64,000 bases of DNA from Rhodanobacteraceae bacterium. Its GTDB lineage: Bacteria; Pseudomonadota; Gammaproteobacteria; Xanthomonadales; SZUA-5. The stretch spans positions 4,697 through 68,696 of the forward strand of contig JANNYA010000199.1 of the NCBI GenBank assembly GCA_031409855.1, read 5' to 3'. Position 1 is the first letter of the stretch. The number at the start of each line of letters is the position of its first letter. Positions 29,437 through 37,956 of this stretch are shown in pieces. The notes under the pieces were generated by a model. That model did not search any database, had not been told where the DNA came from, and saw nothing but the letters and a program-made list of their open reading frames with translations. A program made the translations under genes and the position numbers.

Positions 29437-30177
29437 CTAGAAACTAATAAACATACCGCCATTGACTGGGATATTCGCGCCAGTGATGAACCCGGCCTCT
29501 TCGGCGACCAAAAATTCGACGGTGCGCGCTATTTCTGCGGGCTCACCGATGCGACCGACGGGAATCGTGGCGATAATTTGCTCACGCACGGCTTCGGGAA
29601 TGGACATTACCATCGCGGTACGGCAATAACCGGGGGAAACGCTGTTGACCGTGACGCCTTTGCGCGCCACTTCTTTTGCCAGCGCCATGGTGAAGCCGTG
29701 GATCCCGGCTTTGCTGGCGGAATAGTTGGTCTGCCCAAACTGGCCGGTGGAGCCATTGACCGAGCTGATATTGACGATGCGGCCAAAGCCACGTTCGCAC
29801 ATGCCATCAATAAACTGGCGGGTGACGTTAAATGCGCCGTCCAAATTGACCTTCAGCACATCCATCCAAGCCTGCGCGGGCATTTTGCGAAAGGTCATGT
29901 CTTTGGTGATGCCGGCGGAGTTGACGACGATATCGACTGCACCATGCGCCGCGTGCACGCGCGCGGCAAATTCGGCGCAGGCGTCAAAATCGGCGACATT
30001 GATTGCTTCAAAACTAATTCTGTCGCCAAACTCCGCGACCTCGGCCTTAAATTGTTCAACGCGCTCGGCACGCGCGGCCAAATCGGCGGCGATGACCTTC
30101 ATACCCCGGGCTGCAAGCGCCTTGCAGATAGCACTCCCTAAGCCACCAATTCCACCTGTAACGACTGCTGTGCGCAT
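29437..30177 (-). CDS. Second PhbB-like acetoacetyl-CoA/3-oxoacyl reductase (SDR)
   Basis: TGGIGGLG, NSAGITKD, NISSVNG and YSASKAG motifs, collinear with the 16085-16828 paralog and with PhbB (GVTVNSVSPGY). Confidence 0.8.
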   Translation of the reverse strand: MRTAVVTGGIGGLGSAICKALAARGMKVIAADLAARAERVEQFKAEVAEFGDRISFEAINVADFDACAEFAARVHAAHGAVDIVVNSAGITKDMTFRKMPAQAWMDVLKVNLDGAFNVTRQFIDGMCERGFGRIVNISSVNGSTGQFGQTNYSASKAGIHGFTMALAKEVARKGVTVNSVSPGYCRTAMVMSIPEAVREQIIATIPVGRIGEPAEIARTVEFLVAEEAGFITGANIPVNGGMFISF

Positions 30178-30470
30178 AAATTGCCTTTAACTAAACTGTA
30201 AAGGCCAGAACCTTACACAAAATTGTGCGGTGCGTCATAGCTGAAAGTCACTAAAAATGGCTTTTTTCGTAAATTGTTGCGGCAGCGCGGCATAATTGCT
30301 TTCGTTTGGCTCAGGCAAGAACATTAAATTGCGCCAACAAAGTTTCATGACCCTGATTCACTTTTCTCCCTGCCTTAATTTTCTTAGGTGTTTTCACTCA
30401 AGCATTCAACAGAGAAGCACGGCAGCAAAGTAAGCTCAGCGTTTTTATGCGCGGCAATAAAGGAAGCACC

Positions 30471-31409
30471 ATGACTCGAACGTATCATCTGTACTCCACG
30501 CTTGCCATCGCGCTGCTTTTAGCGGGTTGCCAAAACGCAGCGACACGCATTGCACCTGCTGCCACTGCGACCAAACCCGTGCCTGAAGTCGCGTATTACT
30601 GCGCCAACTGTGCGCTATTAGCCAGCCGTGAATCAGCGCCGCTACAGATATACGCTGCGGTGTTTAAATATACCTTCGATGTAGCTTCTGGCACCCTCCA
30701 AGGCATGAGCGCGTCGCAAGAGCCCTTGGATGCTGAGCGCACCGAGGACACAGCCTGTGCCGTGTCTGGCTCAAAAACTAATGACAGCGCGATGGATTTC
30801 CGACGTACCGGGATCTTCATCGTCGGCGGAACGCTGGTGTCGGTGGATTCGCCGAGCGTTGGCAAGATCGCGATAGAGCAGCTCCAGCCGGAGAGCGGTG
30901 CGGTACTCTTTGCCGGCAGCAAAAGCGATGCCGATGAATTTCAGCCTTGCGTCGGCGCAACGTTGGCCGACTCGCCAAGTTATGAAGCTGCGATGCACTT
31001 GCCACGCGATGCCGTTATTTCAATCCGGGTGGCGTCGCAATCGCGTCCGATCAAGCTGACATTGCCAGCGCAATTTAGCCCCTTCACCTATTTGCGCTAT
31101 CGTGCCGGCGCCGTGATACCGGTACCGGCGCGGCTAGCGACGCTCAGCTACGACATACAAAAGCAGCGTGTGGTGTTGAGCTATCGCAGCGTTTTTGCCA
31201 AGGATTCAGCCGTCAGAAAACTAGATTTGCGTGCAGTTTTTCCTGCGTCTTTGGGTGGCGCGCCGGGCGAATATGAATCTGTGGCACGTTTCACGGAGCG
31301 CTCGCAGGCCATTTTGGCCGATCTGGATCAATGCCCGCCATTTTTGGTGACAGGCGAACCCTGCGCCGATCCGAACCGTAAACCCAACCCAGGTATTTTT
31401 GCGCAGTAG
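30471..31409 (+). CDS. Hypothetical lipoprotein
   Basis: ATG 30471 is preceded by an AGGAAG SD sequence. Lipobox LLLAGC. Several Cys residues and no motif I can name. Confidence 0.6.
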   Translation: MTRTYHLYSTLAIALLLAGCQNAATRIAPAATATKPVPEVAYYCANCALLASRESAPLQIYAAVFKYTFDVASGTLQGMSASQEPLDAERTEDTACAVSGSKTNDSAMDFRRTGIFIVGGTLVSVDSPSVGKIAIEQLQPESGAVLFAGSKSDADEFQPCVGATLADSPSYEAAMHLPRDAVISIRVASQSRPIKLTLPAQFSPFTYLRYRAGAVIPVPARLATLSYDIQKQRVVLSYRSVFAKDSAVRKLDLRAVFPASLGGAPGEYESVARFTERSQAILADLDQCPPFLVTGEPCADPNRKPNPGIFAQ

Positions 31410-31460
31410 TGTTGAATTGTTGGGGCCATCATTTTGGGCCACCATTTCTTTGGTCAACTT

Positions 31461-31683
31461 GGGGTGCCATTCAAACTGAAGGGGAATCTCGGTAGTTTTC
31501 GCTGATTGGAATTTATTGGGGCGACAGCGCACTGAGTTCGTCATTCCCGCGTGCTTTTGGCGGGAATCCAGGGAGCCTGTTCTGGCGTTGCACCATTGCA
31601 ATTCGCTGTACTTTGCGCAAGTGCAGGCTGGATCCCCGACTAAAACATTCGGGGATGACGATCCTTCAGTTTAAATGGCACCC
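31461..31683. mobile_element. Nested MITE: 21-bp terminal inverted repeats with 8-bp target-site duplication, carrying an inner double-hairpin repeat (31539-31660)
   Basis: Inverted repeat (IR) gggtgccatt[c/t]aaactgaagg at 31462-31482 and, reverse-complemented, at 31663-31683 (1 mismatch). It is flanked by gtcaactt at 31453-31460 and 31684-31691. The inner element cgtcattcccgc..ggggatgacg recurs at 57240-57327. Confidence 0.8.
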
Positions 31684-31789
31684 GTCAACTTACAAAAACT
31701 TGCTTTGGCGCGCAGATTATTCGAGTAGCGCGCACCCGAATAGCCCGATAGACTCTTAAGCACGAAATCACTCTCGCTTTTATTCGCCT

Positions 31790-34138
31790 ATGGCCGCTCC
31801 GCCCGTCGAAATTCCCGGTTACCAACTGCACCGAGCGCTAGGCGAGGGCGGCATGGCCACGGTATTTTTGGCGACACAGCTATCCCTTGATCGCAAAGTT
31901 GCGATCAAGATTTTGCGTACTGAAAATGATGACGACCCGGAACGCACCGAGCGGCGTTTTTTGCGTGAAGGCCGAATCCTAGCGAAGATCACGCATCGCA
32001 ATGTTTGCGGTATTTATGACATCGCCAAAGTCGGCAATGTCGCCTACATCGCGATGGAGTTTTTAGATGGCGGTACGTTAGTAGACCGCCAACGCGATGG
32101 CATTGCCGTCGGCGAATCCATTGCGATTGTGGTGCAGGTGGCCAGCGCGCTGCAAGAAGCGCACAACCAGGGCATTGTGCACCGGGATTTGAAGCCTGCA
32201 AACGTGATGATGCGCGGCGGCAAAGTGCCGGTGCTGACCGATTTTGGTATCGCGCGCGAACTGGCTAGCCACCAAACCCGGATCACCACCGAAAACATGA
32301 TTGTCGGTACGCCGGTGTATATGAGCCCCGAGCAAGTCACGGGCGGTGAGATCGATGTGCGCAGCGATATTTATTCGCTCGGCATTATGTTTTATGAGCT
32401 GCTGGTCGGTAAAGCGCCGTATTTGGGCGATAACCCGATCCAAGTCTGCATGCAGCATTTGACCTCGCCGGTGCCGACGCTACCGCCTGAGTTAGACGAG
32501 ATCAACCCGGTATTGTCGCGCATGTTGGCGAAAAAGGCTGAGGATCGCTACGCCACGATGGCTGAATTCACGCACGCGCTGCGCGATGTGTTCGTGCATT
32601 CCATGCAGCTGCGCGCCAAGGCTGAGCTGGCGCCGAACCAACCTTGGACCGAACAGCTGCGGCAAATGGGGTTTTCTTTTGACACCATGCGCGATGGCGA
32701 GCTTAATGCCAAGCTGCGCCAACAGCAGGCGGCGCTGAATGCCAATCGGGAAGCGGATCGGGAAGTGGATCGGCGAGTTACCCCCTTACCCGCCGCTGCT
32801 GTCGAATTTGCTGCGCCGTCCAGCCGAAACGCAGCGGCTAACAAAAAGCCATGGCTGGCGATTGCGGCAGCGGCAGCGCTTGGTATCGGCGCGATTGGCT
32901 ACTTCGCATTGCGCGATAGCAGTGGCGGCAAGGCCGGGCGCTATCAACTGCAAGGCATGGCAGCGACCTTTGATGAACAAATCGCGCGCGACGCGCTGTT
33001 TGAACCCATTGACGACAACGCCGCGCAAACCATCACTGATATGCGTGATGTTAGCGATAAAAGCGCGATCACCAAAGCCCGTGTTGATAAGTTGCTTGAG
33101 GTCGTGAATCAAAAGTTAGACGCGTTGATCGTGGCGGAAAAATTTGATGACGCGCAAACGCTTTATACGCTGGCATTGAATGCGGAACTGTTTAGTCAAA
33201 AGCAAGCTGAAGCGCTGCAATTGCGCATTAGTAATAGCCGCAGTTTGATTGCCAACAAAGCCCTGATTGACGCGCAGCTGGCAACAGTTGCCGCCGCACT
33301 CAAGCAAAACTCAACGCCAACTGAGCTATTCACCGAGCTTGAGGCGCTACGCAAGCTGGTGGCAGCGGACGATGCACGCTTGGGCGCGATGGAGCGCGAT
33401 GTCGGTGTGAAAATTCTTGGACAGTACGAAATCGCGTTGCAAAATAATGATTTGGACGGTGCGCAAGTGATTTTGGCGGCGATGCTGGAAAAGCTGCCGC
33501 GTTTTCCCGAGCTGGCGCGCTATCAAAGTGAGCTGCGCGAACGACAAGCCAAATTAGGTGTGGCAAGCCGCATGGCGCGGATTAGATCTTTGATTGCCAG
33601 CACGCCGTTGAAACTCGATTCGATCACATTGGCCGCGACCGGCATTAGCGCGTTGGCGTTGAGCAATCCCTCGGATGAACTAGCCGCGTTGAAAGTGCAG
33701 CTTTTAACTGTCGCCAATGCCTCTGCATTGCGCAGCTTGGAACAAAACAACGATATCAAAGCGGCGCAGGCAACGATAAGTGCGCTGGGCGAATTTGCGC
33801 GTGATGATGCAGTCCGGCCGGCGCGCATGCGCATTTTGGCGGCTGTGGATGCCGCGCAATTCACGGAACGCAGCGGCACCGTTGTGATCGACACCGCGCC
33901 GTACAGCAAAGTGCTTGCAATTACCGATGCCAGCGGGAAAGCGATCCCGATTCCGGCACCGGGCGTCACGCCGCTGAGCCTGGTGTTGCTCGAAGGCCAA
34001 TACCGGGTCGAGCTAAGCAACGCCTTGGGTGAAAGTAAAAATGTCCAGGTATCGGTCGCCCGCAAAGTGACCACGGAATCGCCGCACATCTTGTACGCCT
34101 CAAAAAGCGATGACTACCTGCGCGAGGCTGGCTACTGA
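31790..34138 (+). CDS. Hanks-type Ser/Thr protein kinase, single-pass membrane, with helical-repeat + PEGA-like extracytoplasmic domain
   Basis: Contains GEGGMATVFLA, VAIK, HRDLKPAN (32180-32203), DFGIAR and SPEQ. TM helix PWLAIAAAAALGIGAIGYFAL. The C-terminus GTVVIDTAPYSKVLAI..LLEGQYRVELSN resembles a PEGA domain. Confidence 0.9.
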   Translation: MAAPPVEIPGYQLHRALGEGGMATVFLATQLSLDRKVAIKILRTENDDDPERTERRFLREGRILAKITHRNVCGIYDIAKVGNVAYIAMEFLDGGTLVDRQRDGIAVGESIAIVVQVASALQEAHNQGIVHRDLKPANVMMRGGKVPVLTDFGIARELASHQTRITTENMIVGTPVYMSPEQVTGGEIDVRSDIYSLGIMFYELLVGKAPYLGDNPIQVCMQHLTSPVPTLPPELDEINPVLSRMLAKKAEDRYATMAEFTHALRDVFVHSMQLRAKAELAPNQPWTEQLRQMGFSFDTMRDGELNAKLRQQQAALNANREADREVDRRVTPLPAAAVEFAAPSSRNAAANKKPWLAIAAAAALGIGAIGYFALRDSSGGKAGRYQLQGMAATFDEQIARDALFEPIDDNAAQTITDMRDVSDKSAITKARVDKLLEVVNQKLDALIVAEKFDDAQTLYTLALNAELFSQKQAEALQLRISNSRSLIANKALIDAQLATVAAALKQNSTPTELFTELEALRKLVAADDARLGAMERDVGVKILGQYEIALQNNDLDGAQVILAAMLEKLPRFPELARYQSELRERQAKLGVASRMARIRSLIASTPLKLDSITLAATGISALALSNPSDELAALKVQLLTVANASALRSLEQNNDIKAAQATISALGEFARDDAVRPARMRILAAVDAAQFTERSGTVVIDTAPYSKVLAITDASGKAIPIPAPGVTPLSLVLLEGQYRVELSNALGESKNVQVSVARKVTTESPHILYASKSDDYLREAGY

Positions 34139-35295
34139 TGCAGGTCTTGCTTATCATGTCGAGAAATTTAAGTTTTAGGAGCGGCTGTTTGCTGTTCGCG
34201 CTGCTAATCGCGCCACTGAGTTACGCCGACTTCAAAGACGCCTATAAAGATGGCGTAAGCGCCTACGAGGATCAAAATTGGGCGTTGGTAGAAAGCAAAA
34301 TGCGCGAAGCTCTGAGCGGGGAACCCACGCCGCAAGCCAAGGTTCGCCTGTATGGCATGCGTTTTGAGCCCTATATTCCGCATCACTACCTAGCACTTGC
34401 CGCCAGCGCCAGAAATAATTGTGCAGCCGCACTTGCTGCGCTGAGTAGCGCCGGTCATCAATCCGCATTGGCAGCCGCGCGCGACGCCGCCGCGTTGCTT
34501 GCGGTGGAACAGCAGATTAAAAAGCGCTGTCAAAATGCCGCCCCCAGCGTTCCACCGCCCGCGTTGCCAGTGCCAACGCAGCCCATTGCACTGCCGCCCG
34601 TTACCGCACCCGTCGTAAAACCGCCCGTCGCCGTGCAGACGCCAATTCAAACGCCAGTTCAAACGGCGGCGCCTACACCGGTGACGCCCGCTGCAGCGGC
34701 ACCAACCCTAGCTAGTGATGAGATAGCTCGCGTACGCAACGCCGTGCAGGCACTCAAGCGCGAACTTAGTGCGGCGCGCAGCACCTTTGCGAAGCCTGAG
34801 CTTGCCGCCGCCGCCGGTGCTAAAACCGCAGAGCTAAATGCGCTGGAATCAGACGCGCTGCGCTTAGGGCAAGACCTGGAACGCGCAATAGCCAACGTCG
34901 ATGCGGCGCTATTAGGCCGCACCGGCAGTGCCGCAAACGCCGCCAGTGCACGCGCAACCGCGTTGAAGCTTGCTGCCAACGCTGCGCTTGCAGCAGCAGC
35001 ACCGCTTGCGCGCGCGGCGGCACCCGCTGTGTTGGCACAAATCGCCAAGTCCTTCTTCGGTGGTGACTTCAAAGCTGCCGCGCAAACCAACGTTGAAAGC
35101 CTTCAGGGCAAAGCGCTGGCGCACGCGCTGCTGGTGCGCGCCGCCGCCCGCTATTCCATGTATGTAGCGCAGGGCGAAAGCAAAGCCGAGCAGCTAAACG
35201 CCGTCAAAGCCGATTTGAGCCGCGCCAAAAGTGTGGATGCGACGGTGCGGCCCAGTGCGAAATATTTTTCACCGCGTTTGCTTGCGCTGTATTGA
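34138..35295 (+). CDS. Secreted Ala/Pro-rich protein translationally coupled to the kinase
   Basis: Its ATG overlaps the kinase stop by 1 nt (TGATG). Signal peptide ..CLLFALLIAPLSYA. Pro-rich linker PPPALPVPTQPIALPPVTAPVVKPPVAVQTPIQTPVQT followed by an Ala-rich helical region. Confidence 0.7.
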   Translation: MQVLLIMSRNLSFRSGCLLFALLIAPLSYADFKDAYKDGVSAYEDQNWALVESKMREALSGEPTPQAKVRLYGMRFEPYIPHHYLALAASARNNCAAALAALSSAGHQSALAAARDAAALLAVEQQIKKRCQNAAPSVPPPALPVPTQPIALPPVTAPVVKPPVAVQTPIQTPVQTAAPTPVTPAAAAPTLASDEIARVRNAVQALKRELSAARSTFAKPELAAAAGAKTAELNALESDALRLGQDLERAIANVDAALLGRTGSAANAASARATALKLAANAALAAAAPLARAAAPAVLAQIAKSFFGGDFKAAAQTNVESLQGKALAHALLVRAAARYSMYVAQGESKAEQLNAVKADLSRAKSVDATVRPSAKYFSPRLLALY

Positions 35296-35387
35296 AAATT
35301 GTATTCGCCTAGCGTAAGTGAATTTTGGTGTCTGACGCTGTGCGCTTACTGCGCTAAACTAGCTCAAGTGCAACAGCAGGAACTGCA

Positions 35388-35960
35388 ATGTCGAGCGCCT
35401 TAAAAAACCCCCATGTCAGCGAAGCTGACTACCTAAGCGCCGAGCTAAGCAGCCGGGACAAACATGAATATGTCAGCGGGCAGGTATTTGCGATGTCGGG
35501 TACGTCGATTCGACACAATCAAATTGCCGTGAATATTTTGTTCGCTCTACGCTCAAGCGCATCAAATCAATGTCGGGTTTCAATTGCTGATGTCAAATTC
35601 AAAGCCAAACAGCTGTATTACTATCCTGACGTGATGGTGTCGTGTGCACCGCAGTCGGACGAGTATTGCGAATCTCAGCCTTGTTTGATTGTTGAAGTAT
35701 TAAGCGAATCAACCGAAAGCGTAGATCGTGGCGAAAAGCTGCATAACTACCAAAAAGCGCCCGAACTTGACGCTTATTTGCTGGTGTCGCAAAAAGAGCG
35801 CCGGGTGGATGTATTCAAACGCAGCGGCGCATTTTGGCGCTTTGAAAGCGTGACGGATGGCGGTGAAATTGAGCTGAGCTGCCCAGAAATGACGCTTACG
35901 CTGGATGCAATTTATCTAGGCGTCGAGGTTGGCGCCGAGGGCGCATTGCGTGCAGGCTGA
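35388..35960 (+). CDS. Uma2-family (DUF820) PD-(D/E)xK endonuclease-like protein
   Basis: Contains EYVSGQVFAMSG, YYPDVMV and LIVEVLSESTESVDRGEKLHNYQ, which together give the Uma2 E..D..E-x-K pattern. Confidence 0.8.
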   Translation: MSSALKNPHVSEADYLSAELSSRDKHEYVSGQVFAMSGTSIRHNQIAVNILFALRSSASNQCRVSIADVKFKAKQLYYYPDVMVSCAPQSDEYCESQPCLIVEVLSESTESVDRGEKLHNYQKAPELDAYLLVSQKERRVDVFKRSGAFWRFESVTDGGEIELSCPEMTLTLDAIYLGVEVGAEGALRAG

Positions 35961-36009
35961 GGCTGTCAAGCTTTACTAGAATACCAAGTCAAGCGCACTG
36001 AGCGTCGCG

Positions 36010-36396
36010 TTATTGCCCGGCAGGCGGTTGCCAAAGCTCAACTTTATTGCCCTCTGGATCAATGACCCAGGCGAACTTGCCGTATTCGGAATCGTCGATT
36101 TTGTCTAGAACATTGCAGCCTTCTTCACGTAAGACTTTAACCAGCGCGTGTAGATCATCGACCCGATAATTGACCATAAACGTTGCAGTGCTGGGCGCAA
36201 ACTGCTCACCCTGTGCTGCGCCTATCGACCAGATCGTGGTGCCAGCGCATGGTTTGCCGTCACTATCCGCCCAAGTGAACGCAGTACCACCCCAGGCTTG
36301 GACATCAATTCCAAGATGGCGCTTGTACCAAGCCTGCAGCGCCGGTGCGTCTTTGGCTTTAAAGAAAATGCCGCCAATACCTGTGACTCGTTTCAT
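36010..36396 (-). CDS. VOC/glyoxalase-family protein
   Basis: Start set at MKRVTGIGGIFFKAKD (36396, AAGGAAT SD sequence). Ends ..FAWVIDPEGNKVELWQP. Typical single-VOC-domain size. Confidence 0.8.
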   Translation of the reverse strand: MKRVTGIGGIFFKAKDAPALQAWYKRHLGIDVQAWGGTAFTWADSDGKPCAGTTIWSIGAAQGEQFAPSTATFMVNYRVDDLHALVKVLREEGCNVLDKIDDSEYGKFAWVIDPEGNKVELWQPPAGQ

Positions 36397-36448
36397 GGAA
36401 ATTCCTTGGTAGGGTGGTGAGTGCGCATTCTGCGACTCAATTTTCGAG

Positions 36449-36709
36449 CTAGCTAAGCAACTTATCGTAGTCTGCATGGCTGCCTATCCAAAACCACTGC
36501 ACGCCTTCTGACACGGGGACGCCAAGTGCGCGATAGCCTAGATTCACGCGAACACTTCGAAATGCACCGTTTTTGACTGGTTTGAAATGCAACGATGGAT
36601 GCGTTGGGTCTTGTTTAAGTAATTCGTGGCTTTCGCGTGCAATTTTCTGAACGTCGGCGGGAAGTGCATTGAAACAGTGCCAGAACTTTGCTGAAGCAAG
36701 ATGTTTCAA
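36449..36709 (-). CDS. RelE/ParE-superfamily toxin
   Basis: 86 aa. Contains FW..F..LP..VQ.., DPTHPSLHFKPV, SVRVNLGYRALG and WFWIGSHADYDKLL, which fit RelE/ParE-like toxins. 4-nt overlap with the upstream small ORF. Confidence 0.7.
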   Translation of the reverse strand: MKHLASAKFWHCFNALPADVQKIARESHELLKQDPTHPSLHFKPVKNGAFRSVRVNLGYRALGVPVSEGVQWFWIGSHADYDKLLS

Positions 36710-36906
36710 AGTTCAGTAGCTTTGCCATTTTGGTAGTCCGCTAACGCTTCAGCGGCAAGCGCGTCCAGTTTTCCTGTCACAGCATCCCGTTCAATCTGAG
36801 CATCCCAGGCTGATTCATTAAACTGTGCAAACCAGCGACGGAACTCAGCAAGCTCGGCATAAGGAAGCCTTTCAACGGCTTGTTCTATGGCGTAAACGGT
36901 GGTCAT
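36706..36906 (-). CDS. Cognate antitoxin (addiction-module component)
   Basis: 66 aa from MTTVYAIEQAVERLPYAELAEFRRWF. Acidic C-terminus. Overlaps the toxin start. Confidence 0.6.
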   Translation of the reverse strand: MTTVYAIEQAVERLPYAELAEFRRWFAQFNESAWDAQIERDAVTGKLDALAAEALADYQNGKATEL

Positions 36907-36998
36907 GGCTATGCCTCTAAGAAATTCCCTACAGATCATACTTCAACTGCATTTATCCGCTAGCTAAAATGCCGCAATTGGCAGATTTCTAAACCGGT

Positions 36999-37400
36999 CT
37001 ACGGGACATAAACGAGGTAAACCCTGAAGCTATAGTCACAAGCGCATTCCACGACTTTAACCTCAAGTACTAGATCACTCCGGCCTTCCTCTTGCGTCCA
37101 GAGATCAACTAGCACATTCCAATGTTCACCCATCCACTGCGCACAAGACGTTTCCCAAGTCGCGCCAGGGAGTTCTATCAATGTTGCACCGTAGTCTAAA
37201 ACGTTTGCCTTAATTTGCTCAGCAAGCTCGTTCGTTATGGCCGAAACGCCCGAAACGGGAGCGGTAAGTGCGTAGTCGCCTCGAACGAAAGCGCGAACGA
37301 TATCGCTAAGAACGCCGCGCCAAGATGTAGCTACGGGATGTGCGGTGCGCTCGTCTTTTATTGCGCGGGGAACTGATTCATTTTTGTTGTCAACTGGCAT
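36999..37400 (-). CDS. Hypothetical protein (133 aa)
   Basis: Clean ORF in the AT-richer block downstream of the PLP enzyme gene. No recognisable motif. Confidence 0.5.
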   Translation of the reverse strand: MPVDNKNESVPRAIKDERTAHPVATSWRGVLSDIVRAFVRGDYALTAPVSGVSAITNELAEQIKANVLDYGATLIELPGATWETSCAQWMGEHWNVLVDLWTQEEGRSDLVLEVKVVECACDYSFRVYLVYVP

Positions 37401-37413
37401 TTAGCTTGTAACT

Positions 37414-37956
37414 CTAAAGTGCACATTCCGTTTGAGTGACGCCGGGATTTTTCTCTAAATATCCTGGGCGCGTTTTTGCATACGCTTCATGTATCAGGCT
37501 TATATTGCGCTTGAAAAACCAAAGCACTCGTGAGTTTCGGGTTATGTGCCTTGAATCTGAGCGCTTAGGGCTTTCAAACACCGCAGACCAACCCGATGGC
37601 AGCGGCAAATAGTGTCCCCAACCGGCTTCGAGAACTGAGTGAAGCCCGCCTGCTTGATCAACTTGCTTGAGTGTTGATCCAACGGCAATACCTTCCGGTG
37701 ATCGAAAGCTCGGATCGGCGGTTTCAATATATGCAACGCGATTCAAAGCATCAAATCCCAGAACAAAAATCTGCCCGTTCTCCTTGAATCGTTTAGACGG
37801 TAATGACTCCGAAGGCGACACTAAAACACGTCCGAGCGGTTCAAAACCAACGACCTTTGGACAAGGTGAATTGAAATAAGAGCCAAGTTCTGGCAGCGCG
37901 GAAGCCTTTTGACAACTCAATACAAAAATAATCAATAAAGCTGCGTAGCGCATCAT
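37414..37956 (-). CDS. Hypothetical secreted protein/possible lipoprotein (180 aa)
   Basis: MMRYAALLIIFVLSC signal/lipobox-like N-terminus. Its ATGATG start overlaps the TGA of the upstream PLP enzyme gene. Confidence 0.55.
   Translation of the reverse strand: MMRYAALLIIFVLSCQKASALPELGSYFNSPCPKVVGFEPLGRVLVSPSESLPSKRFKENGQIFVLGFDALNRVAYIETADPSFRSPEGIAVGSTLKQVDQAGGLHSVLEAGWGHYLPLPSGWSAVFESPKRSDSRHITRNSRVLWFFKRNISLIHEAYAKTRPGYLEKNPGVTQTECAL

Noticed and set aside
29224-30141. 305-aa plus-strand ORF covering almost the whole SDR gene
   Set aside because: It is an antisense shadow ORF. The minus strand carries unmistakable SDR motifs (TGGIGGLG, YSASKAG), while the plus-strand product is low-complexity (G/D/A/R-rich) with no motif.
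31221-31601. 126-aa minus-strand ORF spanning the 3' end of the lipoprotein gene and the MITE
   Set aside because: It reads through the inverted-repeat element. ORFs of this kind are the usual artefact of MITE/REP sequences.
31672-31690. TGGCAC in the right MITE arm (aaatggcacccgtcaactt) considered as a sigma-54 -24 element for the kinase gene
   Set aside because: The -12 element (TTGC, 5 nt downstream) is absent; the sequence there is aactt.
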